In this document: positions 25,212 through 35,423 of the stretch, piece by piece
Numbering within the stretch: the stretch's first letter is position 1
How the letters are laid out: each line of letters begins with the position of its first letter
NCBI GenBank assembly: GCA_903928635.1
Contig: CAIYRQ010000043.1
Span: forward strand, 1 to 44,691
Reading direction: 5' to 3'
DNA from: an uncultured beta proteobacterium
Lineage (GTDB): Bacteria > Pseudomonadota > Gammaproteobacteria > Burkholderiales > Burkholderiaceae_C
DNA length: 44,691 nt
Translations under genes and position numbers: made by a program
Notes under the pieces: model-generated
Seen by the model: the letters and a program-made list of their open reading frames with translations, nothing else
What the model was told of the DNA's origin: nothing
The model's database searches: none

Positions 25212-26354
25212 CTAGCGGTTGGATTTTTGCGGGCGGGGCCGTAGCCCCGGAGTGATGGCAAGTTGCAACACTTGCTTTTTTCGCTGGACTGAAAATTGCG
25301 CTGCAGTGCCCGGCTTGAGCGCCGCCACCTGCGCTAACAATTGGGTCACATCGTCCACCGGGGTTCCTGCGATGGCCACGATCACATCACCAGGTACCAC
25401 ACCGGCTTTAGCAGCAGGACCTCCTTGCAAAACACCGGTGATGATGACGCCGCTGGGCGCTGCGACGCCAAAGGTTTCGCGCAGTTCGGGCGACAGGTCA
25501 TTGGGTTCTACGCCGATCCAACCGCGCGTGACCTGGCCGTCTTTCACAATGGCCTCCAACACCTGTTTGGCCGTTGCTACGGGTATCGCAAATCCTATCC
25601 CTAGGCTTCCGCCTGAGCGCGAATAAATCGCTGTGTTGATACCCAGGAGGTTGCCGTTGGCGTCGACTAATGCGCCGCCTGAGTTGCCCGGATTGATGGC
25701 GGCATCGGTTTGGATAAAGTTCTCGAAGGTGTTAATTCCCAGTTGGTTGCGCCCCAGCGCGCTCACAATGCCCGCCGTTACGGTCTGACCCACGCCAAAA
25801 GGATTGCCAATGGCGAGCACCTGGTCACCGACCTGCAGGTTGTCTGAGTCACCCAGCACCATGACCGGTAGCCGGTCGAGCTCAATTTTCAAAACGGCAA
25901 GGTCGCTGTCGGGGTCTGTGCCTATAACTTTGGCGCGCGCACGTCGATGGTCGTTCAAGATCACTTCAATCTGGTCTGCGCCTTCGACCACGTGGTTATT
26001 GGTCAACACATAGCCATTGGCGCTGACGATCACGCCGCTGCCCATGCCGGATGCACCCTCGCTTTCACCGTCCGGCTCACCATTGAAAAATCCAGGCCAA
26101 GGCTCGGGGAGCCGGGGCTGGTGCTTGCTGCCATGGCTCACATTGATGCTGACCACCGCCTTGGACGCGGTTTGTGCCGCCAAGCGAAAGCTGCCCGGCG
26201 GCACGTCACCCGCGCGAGGCGCCGGGGCCTGCAGCAGCGCCAAGTTGGTATCGCCGCGCGTCGCGATCCAGCCGGGTTTGAGTGTTGAGATGACGAAATA
26301 TGCCGCAAGCAGCACCGTGGCGCTTTGCGAAAACAGGAGCCAAACACGCTTCAT
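25212..26354 (-). CDS. Trypsin-like serine endoprotease with one PDZ domain (DegS/HtrA family)
   Basis: GSGVI, TNNHV, DLAVLK, QTDAAINPGNSGG catalytic triad; N-terminal TM; single PDZ. Confidence 0.92.
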   Translation of the reverse strand: MKRVWLLFSQSATVLLAAYFVISTLKPGWIATRGDTNLALLQAPAPRAGDVPPGSFRLAAQTASKAVVSINVSHGSKHQPRLPEPWPGFFNGEPDGESEGASGMGSGVIVSANGYVLTNNHVVEGADQIEVILNDHRRARAKVIGTDPDSDLAVLKIELDRLPVMVLGDSDNLQVGDQVLAIGNPFGVGQTVTAGIVSALGRNQLGINTFENFIQTDAAINPGNSGGALVDANGNLLGINTAIYSRSGGSLGIGFAIPVATAKQVLEAIVKDGQVTRGWIGVEPNDLSPELRETFGVAAPSGVIITGVLQGGPAAKAGVVPGDVIVAIAGTPVDDVTQLLAQVAALKPGTAAQFSVQRKKQVLQLAITPGLRPRPQKSNR

Positions 26355-26447
26355 GAACGAACAATCCTTGCAGGAGTGCGCGCGGAACGCGCAAGTTTGG
26401 CAAATTGTAGGACGCACACCCGCCGCAAGCACAATGTCGGGTTACCA

Positions 26448-27233
26448 ATGAAGCGCGCCGATAATCCGACCACGACCATGAAGCACCACACCGCACTCTT
26501 GAGCACCCTGGACTCCATGCTGGAGCCCGCACGATTCAAAGACTACTGCCCCAATGGCCTGCAGGTCGAGGGGCGCCGCCCGGTGCGCCACCTGGTCAGC
26601 GGGGTGACGGCCAGTTTGGCCTTGATTGAGGCCGCTATCGCACAAGATGCCGACGCCATCCTGGTGCACCACGGCCTGTTTTGGCGTGGCCATGCAGGAC
26701 CGGTGACCGGCTGGATGCGCGACCGGTTGGCGCTGCTGCTGGCCCACGATATTCATCTCCTGGCCTACCACCTGCCGCTGGATGCTCACGAACAGTGGGG
26801 CAACAACGCGCAATTGGGACTTCGATTGGGGCTGGAGGCTGGAGGGCGTTTTGGCGAGCAGCAACTGGGCTGGCTGGGTCAATCGTCCAGCGGCCCGTTT
26901 ACAGACGCTTTGGCGCTCGCCAGCCACGTGGAGGCCGTGCTGGGACGCTCGGTTGTGTTGGTTGACGGCAAGGAAGGCCCTGTGGCGAAGATTGCCTGGT
27001 GCACCGGCGGGGCGCAGGGTTACTTTGAAGCGGCCATCGCCGCGGGGGCAGATGCGTTTATTACCGGTGAAATCTCCGAGCCTCAAGCCCACTATGCGCG
27101 GGAGTGTGGCGTGGCCTACATTGCGTGCGGCCACCACGCCAGCGAACGCTACGGGGTACAGGCTGTAGCGCAGCAAGTCGCCGACGAGTTGGGCTTGCGC
27201 CACACCTTTATCGACATCGAAAACCCTGCTTGA
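26448..27233 (+). CDS. Nif3-like dinuclear metal centre protein (YbgI/DUF34)
   Basis: DYCPNGLQVEG, LVHHGLFW, YHLPLDAH, GHHASERYG; start may be 26478. Confidence 0.92.
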   Translation: MKRADNPTTTMKHHTALLSTLDSMLEPARFKDYCPNGLQVEGRRPVRHLVSGVTASLALIEAAIAQDADAILVHHGLFWRGHAGPVTGWMRDRLALLLAHDIHLLAYHLPLDAHEQWGNNAQLGLRLGLEAGGRFGEQQLGWLGQSSSGPFTDALALASHVEAVLGRSVVLVDGKEGPVAKIAWCTGGAQGYFEAAIAAGADAFITGEISEPQAHYARECGVAYIACGHHASERYGVQAVAQQVADELGLRHTFIDIENPA

Positions 27234-27241
27234 GCGTTGAA

Positions 27242-28339
27242 ATGACCGAGTCGTTCCCCACTGCCCGGGACCTGCCCATCGCCATCACCCTGGGTGACGC
27301 CGCGGGCATTGGCCCTGAAATCATCGCCAAGGCTTTTTTGTCGCACTCACCGGCCATGCGCAATTGCTTTGTGGCAGGCGACGTGGCGGCCATGCGCGGC
27401 GCTATCCGGCTGGTGACTCCGCCCCAGGAAGTGGTTTGGCCGGTGGTGCACATCGAAGATGCCATCGAAATGTCCCAACTGCCGCCGCGCTGCGTCCCGG
27501 TGTTGCAGGTCGGCGCACCGTTGGGAGCGGTTAAAAGCGGCAAAGTGAGTGTCGTCGCGGGTGAATTTGCCGGGCGCTGTGTGGATTGGGCAGCCCGGCA
27601 AGCCTTGCTGGGCCATGTCGCTGCCCTCGTGACAGCACCCTTGCACAAGGAGGCCCTGCACGCCGCTGGCGCGCCCTACAGCCAGTACCCAGGCCACACC
27701 GAAATGTTGCAGGCGATTGCCGCAGAGCACCTCAGCACCTCTGTGGGCAAACTGCCAGTGCGCATGATGCTGGCCAACGAAGAGTTGCGCACAGTGCTGG
27801 TGAGTATTCACTTGTCGTTGCGCGATGCGCTTCAAGCGGTGACTTTTGACAATGTGGTGCAGTCACTGCTGATTACCCACGCGGCCTTGAAGGCGGTTCT
27901 AGGGCGTTCGCCGCGCATCGCCGTGGCAGGACTCAACCCCCACGCGGGGGAGGGCGGACTCTTTGGCAGCGAGGAAATTCAGACCATTGCACCTGCGATT
28001 GCGGCAGCGCGCGCCCAAGGCTGCGATGTGAGCGGCCCCTGGGCGCCGGACACGGTGTTCATGCGCGCCCGGGCCCGCGCTGGGCAGGAGCCGGAGTTTG
28101 ACGTGGTGCTGGCCATGTACCACGACCAGGGCCTGATCCCCGTGAAATACCTGGGTGTGGAGCAGGGCGTCAACGTGACTTTGGGCCTGCCGCTGGTGCG
28201 TACCAGCCCCGACCATGGGACGGCATTTGATATTGCAGGCCAAGGCCGCGCGGATCCTGCCAGCCTGATTGCAGCCGTGCGTATGGCGCATCAATTGGCT
28301 GGCTCGGCGGTCAGCTACAATCCAAGGCTTCCCAAGTAG
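27242..28339 (+). CDS. pdxA: 4-hydroxythreonine-4-phosphate dehydrogenase (PdxA family)
   Basis: TLGDAAGIGPE, TAPLHKE, GHTE, GLNPHAGE, MYHDQG, RTSPDHGTAFDIAG. Confidence 0.88.
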   Translation: MTESFPTARDLPIAITLGDAAGIGPEIIAKAFLSHSPAMRNCFVAGDVAAMRGAIRLVTPPQEVVWPVVHIEDAIEMSQLPPRCVPVLQVGAPLGAVKSGKVSVVAGEFAGRCVDWAARQALLGHVAALVTAPLHKEALHAAGAPYSQYPGHTEMLQAIAAEHLSTSVGKLPVRMMLANEELRTVLVSIHLSLRDALQAVTFDNVVQSLLITHAALKAVLGRSPRIAVAGLNPHAGEGGLFGSEEIQTIAPAIAAARAQGCDVSGPWAPDTVFMRARARAGQEPEFDVVLAMYHDQGLIPVKYLGVEQGVNVTLGLPLVRTSPDHGTAFDIAGQGRADPASLIAAVRMAHQLAGSAVSYNPRLPK

Positions 28340-28360
28340 TGATTTTTCCTGAGGATTCTC

Positions 28361-28975
28361 ATGAGCGACACCCTCGTCGGCGGTAAGCCGAACGACCCCA
28401 GCAAGCGCACCTGGATCATTGCATCTTCCTGCGCCGGCATCGCAGGCGCAGCCGCCACGGCCGTGCCTTTTGTCAGTACTTTCCAGCCCTCCGAGCGTGC
28501 CAAAGCCGCCGGCGCGGCGGTGGAAGTCGATATTTCCGCCATCAAACCCGGTGAAAAAATCACCGTGGAATGGCGCGGCAAGCCCGTGTGGGTGGTGCGT
28601 CGCACGCCTGAACAGCTGGCCGCACTGCCAAGTTTGGATGGCGCCTTGGCCGATCCCCAGTCCAAGCGCAAGCCAGACGAGCTCACGCCCGCCTATGCGC
28701 GCAATGAAGGTCGCTCGATCAAGCCCGAGTTTTTTGTTGCCGTAGGCATTTGCACCCACCTTGGCTGCTCGCCCTCGGACAAATTCCAAAGCGGTCCCCA
28801 GGCTTCGCTGCCGGACGACTGGAAGGGTGGATTCTTGTGCCCATGCCACGGCTCGACCTTTGACATGGCCGGTCGTGTGTTCAAAAACAAGCCCGCGCCC
28901 GACAACCTCGAAATTCCGCCGCATATGTATCTTTCCGACAGCCGTTTGCTGATCGGTGAAGACACCAAGGCCTGA
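28361..28975 (+). CDS. petA: Cytochrome bc1 Rieske iron-sulfur subunit
   Basis: CTHLGC and CPCHGS Rieske boxes; KR Tat-type signal. Confidence 0.96.
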   Translation: MSDTLVGGKPNDPSKRTWIIASSCAGIAGAAATAVPFVSTFQPSERAKAAGAAVEVDISAIKPGEKITVEWRGKPVWVVRRTPEQLAALPSLDGALADPQSKRKPDELTPAYARNEGRSIKPEFFVAVGICTHLGCSPSDKFQSGPQASLPDDWKGGFLCPCHGSTFDMAGRVFKNKPAPDNLEIPPHMYLSDSRLLIGEDTKA

Positions 28976-28996
28976 TCGCCGCCTCCGGAGCACACC

Positions 28997-30397
28997 ATGG
29001 CTGAAATGAAAGAAATCTCTCCCAACGCGCCTGCGGGCGCCAAGCTGCTGAACTGGGTCGACAACCGTTTTCCCTTGAGCAAGCTGTACAACGACCATTT
29101 GGGTCAGTACTACGCCCCCAAGAACTTTAACTTTTTCTACATCTTCGGCGGCCTGTCGATGCTGGTGCTGGTGATTCAGATTCTCACCGGCATTTTCCTG
29201 GTGATGCATTACAAGCCTGATGCTGCTTTGGCGTTTGGCTCGGTCGAATACATCATGCGCGATGTGCCATGGGGCTGGTTGATCCGCTACATGCACTCCA
29301 CCGGTGCTTCGGCCTTCTTTATCGTGGTGTACATGCACATGTTCCGCGGGCTGATTTACGGCAGCTACCGCAAGCCGCGTGAGCTGGTTTGGCTGTTTGG
29401 TTGCGGCATTTTCTTGTGCCTGATGGCCGAAGCATTCATGGGCTATTTGCTGCCTTGGGGCCAAATGAGCTACTGGGGCGCACAGGTGATCGTGAACTTG
29501 TTTGCCGCCGTGCCTTTCGTCGGTCCTGACCTGGCACTGCTGATCCGCGGCGACTACGTGGTGGGCGACGCAACCTTGAACCGCTTCTTCAGCTTTCACG
29601 TCATTGCCGTGCCGCTGGTACTGCTGGGCTTGGTGGCTGCGCACATCATTGCACTGCATGAAGTCGGCTCCAACAACCCTGACGGTGTGGAGATCAAAGC
29701 GACCAAGGGACCTGACGGCCATCCGCTGGACGGCATCCCTTTCCACCCCTACTACACGGTGCATGACATATTTGCCGTGAGCATGTTCTTGATGGTGTTC
29801 ACCGCCATCATCTTCTTCGCGCCTGAGGCCGGCGGCTACTTCCTTGAATACAACAACTTCATTCCCGCCGATCCTTTGAAGACACCCCTGCACATTGCGC
29901 CAGTCTGGTACTTCACGCCCTTCTATTCCATGCTGCGTGCCATCACCAGCGAAATGGTGCTGGTGCTGATTGCCTGCGTGGTCGGTGCTGCGGCCGTAAG
30001 CGTTTGGAAGATCAAGATGCCTGCGGTGTTCAAGATCGTGATCGTGGGTGCTGCCGCTGTTGTAAGCGCCATGATGTTGTCGATCGACGCCAAATTCTGG
30101 GGCGTCGTGATCATGGGCGGTGCAGTCGTGATTTTGTTCTTCCTGCCGTGGTTGGACAACTGCGCGGTCAAGTCGATTCGCTACCGTCCAAGCTGGCACA
30201 AATACCTCTACGCCATTTTTGTGGTCAATTTCGTGGTGCTGGCCTATCTGGGTGTGCAGCCTCCGTCGGCCATTGGCGAGCGCGTCTCCCAAGTCGGTAC
30301 CTTGTTTTACTTCGGATTCTTCTTGTTGATGCCGTGGTGGAGTGAGATGGGTGAAACCAAGACGGTGCCAGATCGCGTCACCTTCGTTGCCCATTAA
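28997..30397 (+). CDS. petB: Cytochrome b
   Basis: [36 protein letters not shown] (PEWY-equivalent). Confidence 0.97.
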   Translation: MAEMKEISPNAPAGAKLLNWVDNRFPLSKLYNDHLGQYYAPKNFNFFYIFGGLSMLVLVIQILTGIFLVMHYKPDAALAFGSVEYIMRDVPWGWLIRYMHSTGASAFFIVVYMHMFRGLIYGSYRKPRELVWLFGCGIFLCLMAEAFMGYLLPWGQMSYWGAQVIVNLFAAVPFVGPDLALLIRGDYVVGDATLNRFFSFHVIAVPLVLLGLVAAHIIALHEVGSNNPDGVEIKATKGPDGHPLDGIPFHPYYTVHDIFAVSMFLMVFTAIIFFAPEAGGYFLEYNNFIPADPLKTPLHIAPVWYFTPFYSMLRAITSEMVLVLIACVVGAAAVSVWKIKMPAVFKIVIVGAAAVVSAMMLSIDAKFWGVVIMGGAVVILFFLPWLDNCAVKSIRYRPSWHKYLYAIFVVNFVVLAYLGVQPPSAIGERVSQVGTLFYFGFFLLMPWWSEMGETKTVPDRVTFVAH

Positions 30398-30413
30398 GCG
30401 GGAGTTTGAAAAA

Positions 30414-31169
30414 ATGAAAAAAATCGTACTCAGCTTGATCGCTGCCCTGGGCCTGATGGTGGGGGCGCATGCCAACACCGGTGGAATTGCTTGGGATAAG
30501 GCGCCCAACAACGTGAATGACATGGCCGCCCTTCAAAACGGCGCCAAGACCTTTGTCAACTACTGCCTGAACTGCCATGCGGCGTCCTTCATGCGCTTCA
30601 ACCGATTGAAGGATATCGGCCTGACCGACCAGCAGATCAAAGACAATCTGTTGTTCACCACTGAAAAAGTGGGCGAAACCATGAAGGTCGCTATGGATCC
30701 GCGCCAAGCGAAAGAATGGTTCGGTGGCAATCCGCCCGATCTGACAGTGATCGCACGCTCACGCTCTGGTTCTCAAGGTACCGGTGCGGACTACCTGTAC
30801 ACCTACCTGCGCACCTTTTACGTCGACGAGAACAAGGCCACGGGTTGGAACAACTTGGCTTTCCCCAACGTCGGTATGCCGCATGTGCTGTGGGAACTCC
30901 AGGGCAAGCGTGCTCCCATTTATGCCACCGAAGAAGTGCATGGACACGAGACCGAAGTTTTCAAGGGCTGGCAGCAACTGACTCCCGGTAAATTGACGCC
31001 GCTGCAATACGACCAGACCATTGGCGATCTGGTGGGCTACCTGCAATGGATGTCAGAGCCTGCACAAGGCAAGCGCGTGCGCGTCGGCGTCTGGGTTTTG
31101 CTGTTTTTGTTGGCGATGACCATCTTCACTTGGCGCTTGAACGCGGCTTACTGGAAAGACATCAAGTAA
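30414..31169 (+). CDS. petC: Cytochrome c1
   Basis: Signal peptide, CLNCH heme motif, PPDL, GMPHVL, C-terminal TM and YWKDIK. Confidence 0.96.
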   Translation: MKKIVLSLIAALGLMVGAHANTGGIAWDKAPNNVNDMAALQNGAKTFVNYCLNCHAASFMRFNRLKDIGLTDQQIKDNLLFTTEKVGETMKVAMDPRQAKEWFGGNPPDLTVIARSRSGSQGTGADYLYTYLRTFYVDENKATGWNNLAFPNVGMPHVLWELQGKRAPIYATEEVHGHETEVFKGWQQLTPGKLTPLQYDQTIGDLVGYLQWMSEPAQGKRVRVGVWVLLFLLAMTIFTWRLNAAYWKDIK

Positions 31170-31220
31170 GCCGGCCACCAAGCCTTGGCGATGAGTTCTG
31201 CTGAGCTTGTCGCCATTTAC

Positions 31221-31260
31221 AGAGTGGGCCCGCCATGCGCAGCCCACTCTTTTATTTTTT
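31221..31260 (+). terminator. Intrinsic terminator-like hairpin after petABC
   Basis: AGAGTGGGC/GCCCACTCT 9-bp stem followed by TTTATTTTTT. Confidence 0.7.
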
Positions 31261-31274
31261 AGGAGTCCCCCGCC

Positions 31275-31886
31275 ATGATGGTGCTGTATTCAGGAACAAC
31301 CTGCCCCTTTTCCCACCGCTGCCGCTTTGTGCTGTTTGAAAAAGGCATGGACTTCGAAATCCGTGACGTGGATCTCTACAACAAGCCCGAAGACATCAAT
31401 GTCATGAACCCCTATGGCCAGGTGCCGATTCTGGTGGAGCGTGACCTGATCTTGTACGAGTCCAACATCATCAACGAGTACATTGACGAGCGCTTTCCCC
31501 ACCCCCAATTGATGCCCGGCGACCCGGTGGACCGTGCCCGTGTCCGTTTGTTCCTGCTCAATTTTGAGAAAGAGCTTTTTGTTCACGTCAGCACCTTGGA
31601 AGCCCGCGGTGCCAAAGGCAATGAAAAAGCGCTGGAAAAAGCCCGTGCCCACATTCGCGACCGCTTGACTCAACTCGCACCTGTCTTCTTGAAAAACAAG
31701 TTCATGATGGGTGAGAACTTCTCGATGCTGGACGTGGCCATTGCCCCTCTGTTGTGGCGCCTGGAGTACTATGGCATTGACCTCAGCAAGAACGCGGCAC
31801 CGCTGCTCAAGTACGCAGAACGCATCTTCTCCCGCCCTGCATACATTGAAGCGCTGACACCGTCTGAAAAGGTCATGCGCAAATAA
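31275..31886 (+). CDS. sspA: Stringent starvation protein A (GST fold)
   Basis: LYSGTTCPFSHR, NPYGQVP, YIDERFPHPQLMP, APLLWRL; usual position after petC. Confidence 0.94.
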   Translation: MMVLYSGTTCPFSHRCRFVLFEKGMDFEIRDVDLYNKPEDINVMNPYGQVPILVERDLILYESNIINEYIDERFPHPQLMPGDPVDRARVRLFLLNFEKELFVHVSTLEARGAKGNEKALEKARAHIRDRLTQLAPVFLKNKFMMGENFSMLDVAIAPLLWRLEYYGIDLSKNAAPLLKYAERIFSRPAYIEALTPSEKVMRK

Positions 31887-31913
31887 GTAGGTTTCCCCGA
31901 GGAAATTCTGACG

Positions 31914-32309
31914 ATGCAAGCGCCCGAGACCACATCCACACGCCCCTACATGGTGCGCGCGATGTACGACTGGTGTGTGGACAACAACTGCACACCCTTG
32001 ATCGTGGTGTCGGTGGATGCCTCGGTGCGCGTGCCCGCAGAGTTTGTGCAAAACGGTGAAATCGTCTTGAACGTGAGTTTGGGGGCGACCAGCAACCTGA
32101 GCCTGGGCAATGATTTCATTGAGTTCAAGGCCCGGTTTGGCGGTGTTGCCCGCGATATATGCGTGCCTTTGGGTCGCGTGTCGGCGATTTACGCGCGTGA
32201 AAACGGGCAAGGCATGACCTTTTCTATGGAAGCACCCCGTGCCGATGCGCCGCCTACTGACCCCAAACCTTCGGGCAGCCCCCGCCCGTCCCTCACGCGC
32301 ATCAAGTAA
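31914..32309 (+). CDS. sspB: ClpXP adaptor SspB
   Basis: STRPYMVRAMYDWC, EIVLNVS, ARFGG, IYARENGQG, C-terminal RPSLTRIK ClpX-binding tail. Confidence 0.94.
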   Translation: MQAPETTSTRPYMVRAMYDWCVDNNCTPLIVVSVDASVRVPAEFVQNGEIVLNVSLGATSNLSLGNDFIEFKARFGGVARDICVPLGRVSAIYARENGQGMTFSMEAPRADAPPTDPKPSGSPRPSLTRIK

Positions 32310-32351
32310 TTAGCAAGGCCACTTCGGGCCCTGCGGTAGAATGCAAGACGT

Positions 32352-32427
32352 GCCGATTTAGCTCAGTTGGTAGAGCAACCGCCTTGTAAGCGGTAGGTCA
32401 TCAGTTCGAATCCGATAATCGGCACCA
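32352..32427 (+). tRNA. tRNA-Thr (anticodon TGT)
   Basis: 76 nt; acceptor GCCGATT/AATCGGC, anticodon arm ACCGC-CTTGTAA-GCGGT, TTCGAAT T-loop, encoded CCA. Confidence 0.96.
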
Positions 32428-32433
32428 CCCTTC

Positions 32434-32463
32434 AAAAAGCCTGACTTGATCAGGCTTTTTTTT
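32434..32463. terminator. Bidirectional intrinsic terminator after tRNA-Thr
   Basis: AAAAA-GCCTGA-cttga-TCAGGC-TTTTTTTT. Confidence 0.88.
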
Positions 32464-32652
32464 GGCCACGAACGACGACACCACATCGAACTTCTTGGCA
32501 GTGTATTGAATTTGTTGAGGGTTTGTGGAGTGCAACGGCAGCTTCATCGAAGTGCCGTAGACTCAGGCTGCTGGAGCCGCTGAATGTCTTTCTCTTTTCT
32601 TCGTTTTTCACACTTCATTGCCATGCGGCATGGCGAAGCAGAGAAGAAAATT

Positions 32653-32737
<85 letters not shown>

Positions 32738-32755
32738 ATTTCAGGAAAGAGAGCA

Positions 32756-32764
32756 ATTGTATCA
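32756..32764 (-). promoter_or_regulatory. Extended -10 element (TGaTACAAT) for tRNA-Leu
   Basis: Minus-strand TG-n-TACAAT ending 18 nt upstream of the tRNA 5' end. Confidence 0.55.
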
Positions 32765-35013
32765 AACAAGTTAGCCAAACCAGCGCACTGCTGGAAGAAG
32801 TTGAAGGAGTCGTCCAAGGCCACCGTGACGGACACGGTTTTGTGTCGCGCGACGACGGTGGTTCGGACATCTATTTGCCGCCCAATGAAATGCGCGCCGT
32901 GTTGCACAAAGACCGCGTTAAAGCGCGCATTGTTCGCAGCGATCGCAAGGGCCGACCCGAGGGGCGGGTGCTCGAAATTGTGGAGCGCTCTAGTCAACCC
33001 ATTATTGGACGCCTGTTGCAGGAAAGCGGTGTTTGGCTGGTGGCGCCCGAAGACAAGCGCTATGGCCAAGACATTCTGATTCCCCGTGGCGGCACCGGCA
33101 ATGCCAAGTCGGGCCAGGTGGTCGTGGTGCAATTGACCGAGCCGCCAGCCTTGTTTGGACAACCGGTGGGTCGGGTGCAAGAAGTGCTCGGCGAGGTGGA
33201 CGACCCCGGTATGGAGATTGAAATCGCGGTGCGCAAATACAGCGTCCCCCACGAGTTCTCGGTGGCTTGCATGGCGCTGTCCAAGACCTTGCCCGACGCG
33301 GTGCGGCCTCAGGACCACGCCGACCGTGTGGACCTGACCGATGTTCCCTTGGTGACGATTGACGGCGAAGACGCGCGCGACTTTGACGACGCGGTGTACT
33401 GTGAGCCTGCTACCCAAGGCCGTGGCAAGTCGGCGGTCAAAGGCTGGCGTTTGCTGGTGGCAATTGCGGATGTGAGCCACTATGTGGAAAACGGATCGGC
33501 CATTGACATTGATGCGTACGACCGCGCCACCAGCGTGTACTTTCCACGCCGTGTGATTCCTATGCTGCCGGAGAAGCTGTCCAACGGTCTGTGCTCGCTC
33601 AAGCCCGAGGTCGAGCGCCTGTGCATGGTGTGCGACATGTTTGTCACGCTGGACGGCGAAGTCACGGCATACCAGTTTTATCCCGCCGTCATGTGGAGCC
33701 ATGCCCGCTTCACCTACACCGAGGTGGCAGCCATCCTAGGCAACACCCGCGGGCCTGAGGCGCAAAAGCGCAAGGCATTGGTGGGCGACCTGCTCAATTT
33801 GCACGGCGTCTATGAGTCCCTGCTCAAGTCACGCCAGCGCCGGGGCGCAGTGGATTTTGAGACCACCGAGACCCAAATCGTGTGTGACGAGACCGGGCGC
33901 ATCGAAAAAATTGTGCCCCGCACCCGCAATGTGGCGCACAAGCTGATTGAAGAGGCCATGTTGGCGGCCAATGTGTGCAGCGCGGACTTCATCGCGCAAA
34001 GCAAACACGCCGGGTTGTTCCGGGTGCACGAAGGCCCGACCGCAGAAAAAGTCGAAGCCTTGCGCGCTTACCTCAAAGCCATGGGCATTGGAATGTCGGT
34101 CAGCGACATGCCCAAACCTGGCGAGTTTCAGATGATTGCGGCGGCCACCAAAGATCGGCCGGACGCTGCACAGATTCATTCCATGCTGCTGCGCTCTATG
34201 CAGCAGGCGATCTACACGCCGGGCAACAACGGACATTTCGGTTTGGCGTTTGACGCCTATACGCACTTCACCAGCCCGATCCGCCGCTACCCCGACTTGT
34301 TGGTGCACCGCGTCATCAAGGCGGTGCTGGCGGGCGGCAAGTACCAGTTGCCTGTGCTTCCCACCCCCGGCGAAGCACACGCCAAGCTGGCCCGTCGTTT
34401 GGAAAAAAGTAAAGCCGCCAAGGGCCAGGACGCTGGAAGTAAGCCCAAGAAACCCAGCGCCGAGAACATGGCTTGGGAAGCCGCCGGGCTGCATTGCAGC
34501 GCCAATGAGCGTCGCGCCGACGAAGCCAGCCGCGACGTGGAAGCCTGGCTCAAATGCAAGTACATGTACGAACACTTGGGTGAGGAGTACAGCGGTGTGG
34601 TGACTTCGGCCACCTCGTTTGGTCTGTTCGTCACACTGGACGCGATGTACGTCGAAGGTCTGGTGCACATCACCGAGCTGGGTGGCGAGTACTTCCGCTT
34701 TGATGAAGTGCGCCAGGAGCTGCGCGGCGAACGTACGGGCATCCGCTACGCCATCGGCACGCGCGTTGACATTCAGGTCAGCCGCGTGGACTTGGACGGG
34801 CGCAAGATCGACTTTCGTTTGGTGCAAAGTGGCCAAACCCTGCCGTCCAAATTGCTGTTGGACAAGGGATCGGACGACCGCAGCGCGCGCAATCGCGGGA
34901 ATCGAGACCAAACTCCAGCGCGGCCTAAAGCAGCCAAGGGCAGCGGCGCAAAGGCCCCCGCGACTGCAAAACGCGCGGCGGCTAAAAGCAAGGCACCGCG
35001 CAAACGGCGGTAA
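32761..35013 (+). CDS. rnr: Ribonuclease R (start uncertain; ATC 32761 or CTG 32788/32791)
   Basis: Cold-shock domain GHRDGHGFV, RNB motif TIDGEDARDFDDAV, HFGLAFDAYTHFTSPIRRYPDL, S1 domain, Lys/Arg-rich tail. Confidence 0.93.
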   Translation: MKQVSQTSALLEEVEGVVQGHRDGHGFVSRDDGGSDIYLPPNEMRAVLHKDRVKARIVRSDRKGRPEGRVLEIVERSSQPIIGRLLQESGVWLVAPEDKRYGQDILIPRGGTGNAKSGQVVVVQLTEPPALFGQPVGRVQEVLGEVDDPGMEIEIAVRKYSVPHEFSVACMALSKTLPDAVRPQDHADRVDLTDVPLVTIDGEDARDFDDAVYCEPATQGRGKSAVKGWRLLVAIADVSHYVENGSAIDIDAYDRATSVYFPRRVIPMLPEKLSNGLCSLKPEVERLCMVCDMFVTLDGEVTAYQFYPAVMWSHARFTYTEVAAILGNTRGPEAQKRKALVGDLLNLHGVYESLLKSRQRRGAVDFETTETQIVCDETGRIEKIVPRTRNVAHKLIEEAMLAANVCSADFIAQSKHAGLFRVHEGPTAEKVEALRAYLKAMGIGMSVSDMPKPGEFQMIAAATKDRPDAAQIHSMLLRSMQQAIYTPGNNGHFGLAFDAYTHFTSPIRRYPDLLVHRVIKAVLAGGKYQLPVLPTPGEAHAKLARRLEKSKAAKGQDAGSKPKKPSAENMAWEAAGLHCSANERRADEASRDVEAWLKCKYMYEHLGEEYSGVVTSATSFGLFVTLDAMYVEGLVHITELGGEYFRFDEVRQELRGERTGIRYAIGTRVDIQVSRVDLDGRKIDFRLVQSGQTLPSKLLLDKGSDDRSARNRGNRDQTPARPKAAKGSGAKAPATAKRAAAKSKAPRKRR

Positions 35014-35027
35014 CGGGTGGCAGGCGA

Positions 35028-35423
35028 ATGCAGTTAACGCCCACCATTGCAGTCCACATGAGCGCCGCGATTGCCGCAGTGGTGATTGGCCCCTTCGCTC
35101 TGTGGGCCAGGCTGGGCAAGACCGTGCGCCCACGCTGGCACCGGGCGCTGGGCTATGCCTGGGTCACCTGTATGTTGGGCGCTGCGGTCACTTCGGTATT
35201 TATTCGGGACTTTCGGCTGCCCAACGTGGCTGGCTTCACCCCGATTCACTTGCTGATACCGCTCACCTTGGCCACCTTGTACAAGTCTTTCAAGTTCCTG
35301 TACCAAGGGGATATCACCGGTCATCGCAAAGCGATGCAAAGCCTGTACGTCAGCGCCTGCATCGTGGCAGGAGGCTTCACCCTGTTGCCGGGCCGGTATT
35401 TAGGAAATTTGCTCTGGCAATAA
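35028..35423 (+). CDS. DUF2306-like membrane protein
   Basis: Four TM helices with IAVH, WHRALGY, PIHLL, HRKAM, FTLLPGR motifs. Confidence 0.75.
   Translation: MQLTPTIAVHMSAAIAAVVIGPFALWARLGKTVRPRWHRALGYAWVTCMLGAAVTSVFIRDFRLPNVAGFTPIHLLIPLTLATLYKSFKFLYQGDITGHRKAMQSLYVSACIVAGGFTLLPGRYLGNLLWQ

Noticed and set aside
27899-30523. 874-aa minus-strand ORF spanning pdxA-petAB
   Set aside because: Antisense shadow of strongly codon-biased genes in GC-rich DNA; no recognisable motifs
32257-32266. CTGACCCCAA match to the transposase box inside sspB
   Set aside because: Only 10 bp, coding (TDPK), lacks the palindromic other arm; compatible with chance
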